Part shown: piece by piece, positions 27,068 to 38,834 of the stretch
Layout: the number at the start of each line of letters is the position of its first letter
Position numbering within the stretch: the stretch's first letter is position 1
Source of the DNA: Trichoplax adhaerens
Taxonomy: Eukaryota > Animalia > Placozoa
Assembly: GCF_000150275.1 (NCBI RefSeq)
Contig: NW_002060945.1
Coordinates: 1,554,199-1,618,198, forward strand
DNA: 64,000 nt
Direction of reading: 5' to 3'
The notes under the pieces: model-generated
Told to the model about the DNA's origin: nothing
The model's input: the letters and a program-made list of their open reading frames with translations, nothing else
Database searches by the model: none
Program-made: the position numbers and the translations under genes

Positions 27068-30000
27068 TTATTTTACTTTATGCAGCTCTTTCAATGCCCA
27101 TGCACAAACTTGCTTGGTTTTGGTTTCTTTAGATTTTAAACCCTCTTGCAACATGCCTTGTATATTTCCTGTTACCAGGCTCTGGATCTCACTACTTCCG
27201 TACGCATCACATAAGTCGCTGTGTTTTAATAAATTTTATTTTGTATTAGCCACAACAGCGGCAAAACTATATATACGTAAATGTGTGTGGTGTAAATACA
27301 TACCCTATTAAACCAGCGCTTGTAGAAATAGTCCCATCAGAATGATCCTCATCAATAGCTATACTATCAATAAATTGCATAATACGTGGCACTTCTGGTC
27401 GTAGAATGTTTATATCGACTGACCATTGAAAAATCGAAATACTTGGTATCAGTATTGAAAAAGCTGTCTGATGCATTTTATAGTTTACATACCGTTTGGA
27501 TTATCACCGCTGCCTTTCAAACCCTGTGCTATGCCCGTATAAGTTTCTAAGCAAGATTCTCTCAATAAATTTAGATAATCAATCAGATCAAAATCCTCCT
27601 ATTAGATAAGAAAATCAACATATATTAAAAAATGCAGTAAGATAATAACATAAAATTGGTAATACAATCGATTGATGTGCCACTTTTACCTTTTTAACTT
27701 CTGTTTGACTAGCTTGATGGAGAATACCAAATACTATTTCTAAATATACTTTAAAGTTTCCTTCAATAGCCATTGCAATATCTCCAATTGTTGAAAATAT
27801 GTGAGGTTTAACAGATCGATCCAGTGAAGCATCCTATAATTAAATAACCCAACGGTTTCATATACACTGTATCCTAAATAAACTATTAATAATATTAACA
27901 TGACCGTAACATTAACTTACCCCTAAATTTTTAATAAGAATAGACATGATTTCATCAGCGTGTGGTACAAAATTGTGGCCAAAAGCTCGACATAAATCGC
28001 TAACTATTCCGACTGCAGCCAAACATACCTTTAATATTTACAAAATAAAAATGAAGACATACCTACAAAGGTGCAGATTTTACATGAATTTGATGCTATG
28101 AACAAGGACTTACTTGATGCTCCATAACATTCTTTAGTCCCATAAGAAGAAAAGGTTTGAACGAATCCATATATATCATGAAATTAATTCCCGTAACTAA
28201 TTTAATAAAGTATTAATAAAACCAAGACATTAATTAAAATTCGTACGTGTACATTGTTAGAAGCTGATTATGTCGTAAGTAATTCTTGGGTTAATGTGAT
28301 AATTAATTGTTAAACCTTCAACGAGAGTCCCAACAGTCATTAAAGCATCTTCCTGTATAGTACCAGTTCTACCCGTCGACGAATTGAACATTAATAACAA
28401 AATCTTCATAATGGAATCACACCACTGCGAAACATCACTTGGTTGAATCCTTCGCAATACGCTCTAAAAATAAAAGAATTAAATGTTAGTTGTGTAGAAT
28501 GTTTAAAAATTGAACGCCATCGCATTATATTTTTATGATAAAATCGTATTCTTACCTGAAGTGTAGCGCATAATAAACATTGCAAGTCAACAAACTGAGA
28601 TCTGTCAGCACTCTGCACAGTACCCTATAACGAAGAAATAGCACTTTTACGTTCTACGCATATGAGCATCGATTTTTAATGAAGTAACGGATTACAATAC
28701 TTACTTCCATACTTAATACAGCCTGCAGCCTCTGCATAATCTCGTTGGCGACTAACTGGATAGTAGGATAACAATCCTAGATAACATTCATATCATATTG
28801 AATTTATCTAACTTCAGATTCTACTGAACAGGTTTCTTAAGCAACTAAAAAGCTATTACTAACGATCAATGTTTACTTAAAAACCCCGAATCTATAATAC
28901 CTTAGCACTATTTTTTATCAATTCCATAAGAGATTCGTATGCTGCACTTCTCAAGTTAGAGCTATTTGCTTCTTGCCTAATAACGTTAGAAATAATGGAT
29001 ACATATTCATAACAAAATAGCTATACTATCAAAATATTTTTAATTAGTTAAAAATACTTATGGCGTAGGCGAGATTACCTGGTCGTAGTTTTCAATAAAT
29101 GATCAACTATAGCATTGTAGTAGGGCGATAGGCAATAACTGTCCGGTCGTTCTGAATCCGAACCTTCCTCATTATCAAAGGCTGCTTCTGCTAACGATGA
29201 TAGCGCCTTTACGTAATTATAGTATGTTAAAAATTAACAGTTTACCTAGATAATGATCTCGTAAAAACATTTAATTTAGTAAGACTGTACCCAGCAAACA
29301 TTTGAGGCTACACGTGGTTCCCCTGCTAATCCTTTCTTGAGAACCCCTATTAGGGATTCTATAACATCTGGATTTATCGCAACTTCCGGCAATAATTCGC
29401 AAATTCGACCAATTGTCCACGCGACAGAGTCACAAACAATAATGTTATTATCATTTTCCATCAAACCAATTAGCAGTGGCATAGCCTACCAAATTGTAAC
29501 GATCACATTTCAATTCGTATCATAATTTTTTTCATTACTTCATAATAACTGTTGATAGCTACAATCACACACAGTACCTGATTCATAACAGGTAAAAGTA
29601 CAGCTGGATCAGGCCCTTCTAAAATAGAACCTAAATTGTAATAAAATTAATATTTAAATAACGAAACCGGTTTCATTAACCAAGATAATGATACAGACAA
29701 CAGACCTAAGGCCATTACGGCGGCGTCTCTGTATTGCCAATCAGAATGTACTATATTCTCTTTAATAAAGGGCAGTATATACCCAATAACGTCATTTTCA
29801 CAACACGACGCAACCAGCATTAAGCAAACTCCAGCAGCCTTACACGGGTTCCAATCATCTTCATCATCAAGTTCAGACTGTATGATAACATCGAAGAGTA
29901 TTTAATGTCTGTAATATGACATAATAGTAGTAATAGTAAAAGACTAATACGGTTAGCGTAGTTTACCTGTTTGGTCAATGTTTGTAGTAATATAGGCACC

Positions 30001-33000
30001 AAATAACCTAAAGCACCCTTGACGTAATGTTTACTTGTTTGCTCTGGAGGTCTTCCAGCTTCTGCAGCCTTTTATTCACAATCGTTAGTGAAATCGATTA
30101 GTGAAGATATTCTAACATAATTTTTTTTTAACCGCTCTGCTGTGGACTTACATCGGCAGCCTCAATAGCTAAATCAACCTCTTCGTCACAAATGCTTGAC
30201 CAAAATTCAATACCTTGTAAAGCAACCGCATCTTGATGAGAAGTCATAGCATCTATCGTAATCTAAACGATAGAATAAAGTATTTCGAAATGAGTAGATG
30301 ACAAGGACGATTAATATTTAGAAGCAAGTAATATAATAACAATCATTTACCGCAAATAACGCTGGTCCCATGTAATGTTCCATATACTGGTAATATAATG
30401 TGACAATCCTGACTAGGTTTTGAAGGGCAGCAACACGGATCTATGATTGTATAATAATCATATTTCATTTTCTACTCATTTCCTGGGAATTAGAATCAAG
30501 GCAATGAATAAATGACCAGAGTTTCTCATACCTGCTCATCAGGGCTTTGCGTTGCTTCGCATAGAACTTGCATGATATAATGTCTCTCACTCTGTATGTA
30601 TTAACATAATTGCAAGTTACTCCTTTTATCAATGCATATCATACTAATGGTAAAATCCTTCATTTAATATTTACTGTTTTCTCAAAGTTTGCTTTGGTGA
30701 ATTCTAAAGAATTTAATAAGGCTTTTGCAGCGGCGAGTCGGACATAATTACTAAAATAATTTAAAATAATAATCGCTATGAATGTCTATTATATATATAA
30801 TAAACCGATTACAAACAGATTCAATTTTTTAGCATTTCATTTTATGGAAGATTCTAGTATCTCGATATCTAACCTGGGCTCTTCCTTTCGCATTCCTAAT
30901 ATTATCGCCGTTAAAATGTCATTAGATTTTGACGATATAACATCAGGGTCCTACCATTGAAAGTAGTAGAAAATCATACAGGTAAGTTCATTATTAGTCT
31001 TTAAAAGTTATAGCAAAATATTAATTTTAGGTTACAAGCGCTATATTAGAAAACAAAAACAAAATTTTGTGCAATTATATTTTGCAATAATGAAGATCTT
31101 CACCACATCCTTACTTACAGCGATATCGCTACAAATGTAGCCTATAGCCTCTAATGAAGATTCCTTCAACGCTTCTGTACTATGTTGATTAGTGACGTTT
31201 CGAACTAATGTGGGTATAACCTCAGGCCAAACATTAAATGGCAATTCGACGCAAGCAATGCTAGCAACACACTAGAATTTTAAGATGAGTTCAAAGATAG
31301 TTACTAGTTAAACAATTAGTTAATATCATTGTAATGATTCATTTACGGCTTCTATTGCATCATTTCAACAATATCGTTAGATACGAGGAAAAATCTATAA
31401 TAACTACAATAGAAGGTCACTATTTAGTTTAACGTATATCAGACTGTGAGAGCTGCCTAAACCTATTCTACAATCATAATTATATTTTTTGCCCGTTTGC
31501 CTATAGAAGAAATACAGCTAACCTGAGCAGCAGATGAAGGTCGTGAAGGTTCAGTTCCCAAGGTTTGTAAAACCTGAATTAAAATGGAGATGTTAAAATT
31601 AGCTACGGCTACAGCAAAAAAATTGCACTCTACTTCTGCAGTATTAATGATACAATTCGCCTATCCATAAAGTATCTTGCAGTATCGATAAATCTTACAG
31701 TAATTCTAAATTATGCGATTTAAATACTAGTAAAATCTCACCAAGTTTTTAATATGGTAGCGAACATCATTACTAAATGTTTTCCATCTTTCTTGATACT
31801 GTAACTTGATAGCGGGGTCTTTAGATGTAAAAGAATTTTTTAAATTGATTCCAGCAGCCATTCGAACGACCTGAGATTTATCGGTATTGGCCAATATATT
31901 GACCAAGGCCACCAAGAATTCCGGCTGTGTACATGGTAATGAAAGATAAATTTTAAGATTAGTTACGTTATTAATCTTGTTTACCAATATAATGTAGTAC
32001 CAAAATCTCCTCCGAATAATTAACTTGATAGAAATTATATGACATTTGATGGTAAAATTACAACTTTTATGCAGTAAGATAAAAACGAAACTGTTATGAT
32101 ACCACTAGCTAATCTATACTTTAAATCTATAAGTTACTGATACATAAAAATTAATATGTAAAACCCTCTGATCTGTCATAGCATTCAAAGGGCAAGTATG
32201 ATAAATGGTTATGCTGCACTTACCAGATTTCTTTCTGCGGCTTGTTCCACATATTTTTGTGCAGCAATTAATTCATTATTGTCTGTTGCAAATTAGAATG
32301 AAAGAAATTTGCTACCTTAATATCATGTACTATACTTTGCAAGAAATAGTGCATTATAAACTATCTTTGGTAAGAATTAGTATATATCATCCTATAAATT
32401 TAAAGATGCATGAATTCCATTAATGTAGTGTTTGCTCGTAATCCCCTAGTACTACTAGATTATGAATACAACTATGCATTTCTAGTAAAACTCTCGCATT
32501 ATGTATAGTACAATAAAATAAATATAAGAAATGATCATTATAATGGCCACTTTCATCTCGGCTAATTTTAAATATACAAATATGTTAAGGTGTCCGTACT
32601 AGATTGCAACATTAGTTGTATTATTATAACTATCAACCATAAATCGGTCTACACCACACAAAATAACTGAGTTTCTACAGTGTACGATAGACCATTAAAC
32701 TTATACATTCATTGCTCCTAGGCTGCTTAACCGTACTTTATGTTTGATCCAATCGTAATGCAGACCGTCGAAGTGTTTGTAATATAATCATAGAGTCAAG
32801 TATGCTAGCCTGCTTTGAATCTTACTTACAATTCGTATCTGTATGCTTATTTGTGCATAATAGATTAACGTGGTGGATGTGCACAGTCAACACTCACGTA
32901 TAAATTTACATCTACTTTGGTTCCATTTCTGTATTGTAAACTCGATCTTATCACTTGGCAAAGCTAGTCATTAATTGAAGTGCTGGACTACAAGCTGAAT

Positions 33001-35025
33001 GCAGCATACAACATTGGCAATCGAAAGTAAAGTCGTCGAATTACAAAAGCTTTGATGTCAATCTGAATCGCAAGATGTCTTAGGAACATTATACGAGTCC
33101 ATAATAATTTTTAGTCACGACGTATCATAAAACCTTTGGCTAAAAATCATCATCATCTTTAGCAAGGCTGTTAACAACCTACAGGTCAATTGGAATTTAC
33201 TCTACGAGTACGTAGAGTAAAAGTAAACGAAGTGGGGAGATGTTCGAAGGATTCAAACACATCCATAGCATATACTGTACAGGGATCAAGTTGAATCGAC
33301 GTACTCAGTATCGATTGTACTGTCCATAAAAATGTTCCCAAAATATACGTGCAGTACTACGACCTCGGCCAAGAAGATGGGTGCAGCAGCACTATTCTGG
33401 TATACTGTAGTATCTTCGTCCATTGGGCTTCATGTGGCTCCAATTCGAATAAAAAGCCTACAGCCTGACTGTGCAATTATGAAACTAGCATCTACTGTAC
33501 TATACATTGTAAAATGTAGTGCACAGTACTGTACAATACTGTAGTAAACTCGACTGGCCGTACAGTACAATCTGTGTACAGTCAATTTTTCTTCATTTTG
33601 CCGTATTGTATAGTGAACAATACAACATGCAGTACTGAATCCGTACTGTAAAGTTTCAAAGACCGTAAAAGTAGGCCTCCCGCCAAAGCAAAAAAAAAGG
33701 TGAAGAGCAACGTGCTATCAGACTTTTACATTCAATAAATGTACCAAAAAAATTCGACCGATGGCATAATAGAACTAGGAGATATTAATTACTAATTGAA
33801 GATCAGTAATTTAGCATCACGAGCAGTAAATTTTACATCAATCTATCTGTTATCACATGAAATCATAGCAAAAAGTAATAACGGCAGTCAGACTAGACGA
33901 TACAGCGTAAGGATGAGACATGACAGTAGCCTAATCATTACAGTACAGTCCCTAGTACACAGTTTGCTGGCACTCACTGGTCGCTGCCAAGCGATGTTGC
34001 TAAATGAATTAGTATTCTAGATTATCGGTGAATGCAGACATTTTAGTTTATGATATATTCCGCCACTATCATTCAACAGTCAATAGTTTACAGCAAGATT
34101 TAAGAAATCATTTCTTTATCAAATACTGCTGCCTAACTACATTGCTGTCGTGGTAGATGAAAGTAGCTCGCTCAATGCATTACTACATACTGTACAACGT
34201 CTAGCAAATGCATTGTATTGTATTGTATGTATACGTCCAGCACTACTACTCATATCTACCTACATTAAATCTTTTATCGTTGAATTTTCATAACCCGTGG
34301 AATAGTGCTACTATCCATGTATTGTACATTAAAATGATCTACAGTTAAAAATTACACTCTATCAAATCAAGTTATTCTAAGCAGGAACATGGGCAAATAG
34401 AATAAGCATAGGAATAAGGGTACCATCTCAAACAAATAGCAATTCAGAAACTGCTAATTTACTGCTGCTGGTAACGAGCGATCTTCGCCCATTCATGCAT
34501 TAATTCTTGGTGAAGTAAAAGTGCAAAAAAGCAATATTCATGCACGTCAGGCTACGACATTAGGCTATCATAGGGATTGCTTTAAAAATAATAGGAAACT
34601 GCGCAACGAACACAACGTGTCCATTGGTCTGTAGATTATTGTGCGAGTATAGCATCAAGTACCAAGCAGTGTGCAGGTTTGAGGCTAATCCATTGGTACG
34701 AAATTCAAAATGCAGTTGAAATCTGGCTGTAGACACTACCGTCCTGGGCATGATTGCGATTGGAGTGGAATAATGCGTATAATATTGAAATTGCAAGTTT
34801 TTATGAATGCCTTCCATGGTCGCTGAGAACGGTATCTGAGGCATGTAGTACAGTATCGTTCCATCAGAGTTGGTGGATAGTAGAAGCTGACACAATAAAA
34901 AAAACCAACTCTTGGCAGTGACGAATTGACTACAGTAAAGTAGGCATGAGCACTTTCANNNNNNNNNNNNNNNNNNNNNNNNNNNNNNNNNNNNNNNNNN
35001 NNNNNNNNACTTTTTCCAAATCCAT
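27068..35025 (-). CDS. KPNB1: Importin subunit beta-1, more than 20 exons; first exon interrupted by the assembly gap
   Basis: [141 protein letters not shown], ending [10 protein letters not shown]. The start (MDLEKV at 35009-35025) is inferred. Confidence 0.92.
33493..33687. promoter_or_regulatory. GTAC-N array plus E2F-like TCCCGCCAAA inside KPNB1 intron 1
   Basis: tactgtactatac...cacagtactgtacaatactgtag...cgtacagtacaatctgtgtacag; TCCCGCCAAA at 33678-33687. Confidence 0.45.
34959..35008. other. Assembly gap (50 N)
   Basis: Run of n characters. Confidence 1.
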
Positions 35026-35495
35026 TATGTGTTAATTTATTGTTACTGGCTCTAACTTGTACAGAGATTGAATGCCTAATGAATCAGTAAAAGCGTATGC
35101 AGAAAAAGGAATTCCAAAACTAAATTGCTTTAATTCTGTACAGGGAATGGTTGACGTCTGCAGACTTTATACATGGTACGTACTACGTCCAGCCAGTACG
35201 AACAACAAACGCTGCACTGAGCTTAGTACAGTAGTTGTGAAAGGATGGATGGTAAGTTGAAAGACTATAAGTCCTTTTCCACTCTAGTCTTTCATCAGTG
35301 TGGCCGATACCGTACTGAGTACTGAGTAGTACGTCAGTGGCAGGTCCATGGTTCAGTCATAACGCAATCGATAAACCCTACTGGGAGCTGTACTACATTG
35401 TACTGTTTGAGTTCGTCTACTTTCCAACTCTGTACCATGTCGTCCGTGGCATGGACTTGCATCAGTCAACTTGACTCAACTCTGCCTTCCCCCCG

Positions 35496-36683
35496 TTTGC
35501 TGTCACTGGCTTCAACTTGCTAATGCAGTCGCCTGGTGTACACTGTACACTGCCATGTCATGAACTGCGATACTCGACCGTGAAGTTCACACATACAGTA
35601 CAGTGTACTGTACAGTACATGAGAAGAGAGGAATTCACCGAACAACGATACAGTACTGTACAGTGTACTGTACAGTATACTGAGTGTACTGTACGTCATT
35701 CCATCTGTCTTTCACTGCACAGTACAGTGAAAACCAACTCGCTACAGTACATACTTTCAGGGGGTGACAATTGGGTTTGTAAAGGCTGTACAGTACAGTA
35801 CGTATTTCACTCACCCACAGTATTTTGCTGTCACTGGCTTCAACTTGCTAATGCAGTCGCCTGGTGTACAGTACACTGTACTGTACTGTACACTGCCATG
35901 TCATGAACTGCGATACTCGACCGTGAAGTTCACACATACTGTACAGTGTATAGTACTGTACTGTACGTCATTCTATCTGTCTTTCACTGCACAGTACAGT
36001 GAAAACCAACTCGCTACAGTACATACTTTCAGGGGGTAACAATTGGGTTTGTAAAAAAAGATGCTTCATACAGTATAGTATAGATTATTATTATTAACAA
36101 TACGCTAATACCGTACAGTACGTTACTGTGTACTGTGTGCCTATACAGTATTACAGTATTATTATTATTAATCAAGTTTAATGTTAATAAATTTAATTTT
36201 ACTTTTACAAAAGGTTAATATTATATTTTTATTTGAGCTTGCTCTGCCCCCCCTCCCCCCTTTTGCTGTCACTGGCTTCAACTTGCTAATGCAGTCGCCT
36301 GGTGTACACTGTACAGTACACTGCCATGTCATGAACTGCCATACTCGACCGTGAAGTTCACACATACTGTACTGTACAGTGTCTGTAGTGTACAGTACTG
36401 TACTGTACATGAGAAGAGAGGAATTCACCGAACAACGATACAGTACAGTACAGTACTGTATTTCACTCACCCACAGTACTGTACTGTACTGTATAATAAT
36501 AGGAATTAATTATTATTATTATTAACAATACAAATGCCGTACTGTACGGTACTGTGTAGTGTGTACTGTACTGTGTGTCTACACTGTACACTGTACAGTA
36601 TTACAGTTTTATTATTATTAATCAAGTTTACTGTTAATAAATTTAATTTTACTTTTACAAAAGGTTAATATTATTTGAGCTTG
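35496..36683. repeat. Triplicated modular repeat (copies begin at about 35496, 35824 and 36262) with GTAC-N spacers
   Basis: Three near-identical copies of TTTGCTGTCACTGGCTTCAACTTGCTAATGCAGTCGCCTGGTGTACA and CTGCCATGTCATGAACTGC.ATACTCGACCGTGAAGTTCACACATAC. The other blocks each occur twice. Confidence 0.95.
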
Positions 36684-36786
36684 TTCAATATTCAAAGTAA
36701 CACAGTTGAACAGTGAATACTACACAAGTAGCCCGAAACTGAAGCCCTCAAAGCTATTCAATGCAGTCTAGAAATAGCCACACGAG

Positions 36787-37406
36787 TATACTGTACTGTA
36801 TATAGCAATCACATCTCTGATTTCTCATCATTCCAAATGTGGCTGTATCGTCCTCGACTGTACTGTACTAAAATTTTGCAAGCCCGCTTTTTTCCCTGGC
36901 TTCGGTCTTTCCACATTCACCTGAATGAATAGTTGATACTGTACTGTACTAGTGCACATCTGAGGATCGTATTGTAGTCACAATTCCTCACGACGGATCA
37001 ACACTTTGAACGACACGCACGTCTTAACCTCATCTCACCTACTGTACTGTACAGTACACTGTACAGTACAGTACAGTACAATATTGCAGAACACTATTCT
37101 GGCTGTACTGTACACTGTACAGTATGGAGCAGTGCATGCGCAGAACACCGGCATGAACTGTACTGTACAATACTAGAAGTTTTTGTCGAAATTTGGAGTA
37201 CGGTACTGTACTGTACACCCGTTGTGTAAAACTGTACCTTGTACAGTACAGTACAGTACAATTCTGAACAATTGTATTACGTCAGTATTTCATGCGGGGT
37301 GGTCGACTAAAGAGCGTGCTGTTCAGGGGCGATGCTCCCCTACTGTAGCAAGATCACACTTTTTCTCAACCCTGCTATGACTGCATAGTATATTACTGTA
37401 CTGTAC
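36787..37406. repeat. Dispersed GTAC-N arrays upstream of the RAB5 5' exon
   Basis: For example actgtactgtacagtacactgtacagtacagtacagtaca (37041-37080) and gtacagtacagtacagtaca (37241-37260). Confidence 0.9.
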
Positions 37407-37419
37407 CCCAGGGCGTCCG

Positions 37420-37617
37420 CCATGACCCGACCCACTGGCTGACTTTGGCCCTCACTACAGTTCATATAGGCAAAGGAGACGATTAAGTACCCTAGCACTA
37501 ACAACTGCCCTACCCAAAGTTGTCAGCAAAATACGAAAGTACATCATTAGTTATACGATAATTTGGAAGAATCGTCCTTAGCTTATTGCGCCAATTGGGT
37601 TTAACGATCTTCTACAG
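37420..37617 (+). other. Putative non-coding 5' exon of RAB5
   Basis: Strong donor tctacag|gtaagt at 37617/37618 just downstream of the arrays; acceptor ttgcttatag just before the RAB5 ATG exon. The 5' boundary is approximate. Confidence 0.55.
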
Positions 37618-38834
37618 GTAAGTTGAAATTGCCACATGATTGATCTGGACTCATTCTGTATGTTTTATTGAGTCGTTAATGATGCTATTGAAATGGAACG
37701 AATAGACATGGTGCGTTTAGTTTGAAGTTATTTTTTTCCTTTATCTTCATACTTGGATGATATAGTCGTGGATGAGCGGCGCATACCGCTCACTACTGAC
37801 AGTAGTATAGACTGACGTAGCTAGAGACACCCTATTGTATTGCTACACATAGTAGGAATGGACATGAGGAAATAAAGCCATGGCAGATACTATGGCTGTA
37901 ATTCTTGTCTGAATCATTGGATAATCAATGATCGCTGATATGGACATGGCGACATCTTTTACGTCCATCTTCATCTTCAATTCAACTATCTAGTTGAACA
38001 GGAGTCATGGTATGGAGAAGTCATTTCCATCCTGTTGGAGCAATGACCATTGCCCTGATAAACGTGTTGTCACACCGCACGGGTAGCTTCCCAACTTTTT
38101 CACTCTACGGTCAAGAGCATATTTGTATCTATCGCAGCCAGTAGTAGATCGTCTAGGGAGGCAAACAGAAAGTAATTTATCTTCATGACTAGACTACGCA
38201 GAATAGTATAGACGCTTTTTGAACTAACTGTTCGTTCATTCTCCTTTCCACCAAGACAAGGATCGATCAAGTATGGTACTTGATCGATCGATTAGTCATT
38301 GCATGATCAAATTGTCATTCAGTGCAATCACACTACACTAGCAGGGACGAGCGTCTGATCCAATGGAGCCGGTTCCTTCAACCAATTCGTGGACAATTTT
38401 ATTTTCATTGAAAGATATCTTGTTAATGCTAGGATACTACCCAATTAATTTCACTGCCAATGTATTAGTTCTAGTATTAGTTTGCTTTCATCTTGCAATA
38501 TCCAATAGTATACTCATTTTCTTCATGAAAATCGACGACGCATTGTAGTATTGACGTACAGCCTAGTAGACTACTGTACAGGCCATATACGACGCAAGCG
38601 GCAGATGTAAAGTCAATTTTACAATCAACGAACAGATTGCTATTGGTCAATCAATTCTATCATTAATGTCATAAAAATCATCGACGTAAGCTGTACTATT
38701 TTATTTCGGGGAATTTTCAATTCTTTCATTATCAATTACTATACGATATCGCTGTTGTTGTCGCTTTGAATTGAAAATGTTCTCTAATTTTGGCACTTGT
38801 TTTGCTTATAGGAATTCATCACCAATAACATTCG

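Noticed and set aside
27027-27076. Extra terminal KPNB1 exon
   Set aside because: It would need a 37-nt intron, and the unspliced stop already gives a C-terminus of the expected length.
35496-36683. CRISPR-like repeat/spacer appearance and Cys/Thr/Val/Tyr-rich ORFs (35517-35906, 35764-36039, 36168-36470)
   Set aside because: Eukaryotic context with no cas genes, and the spacers are low-complexity pentamers. The ORFs are translations of the repeat, as are 53333-53686 and 61149-61388.
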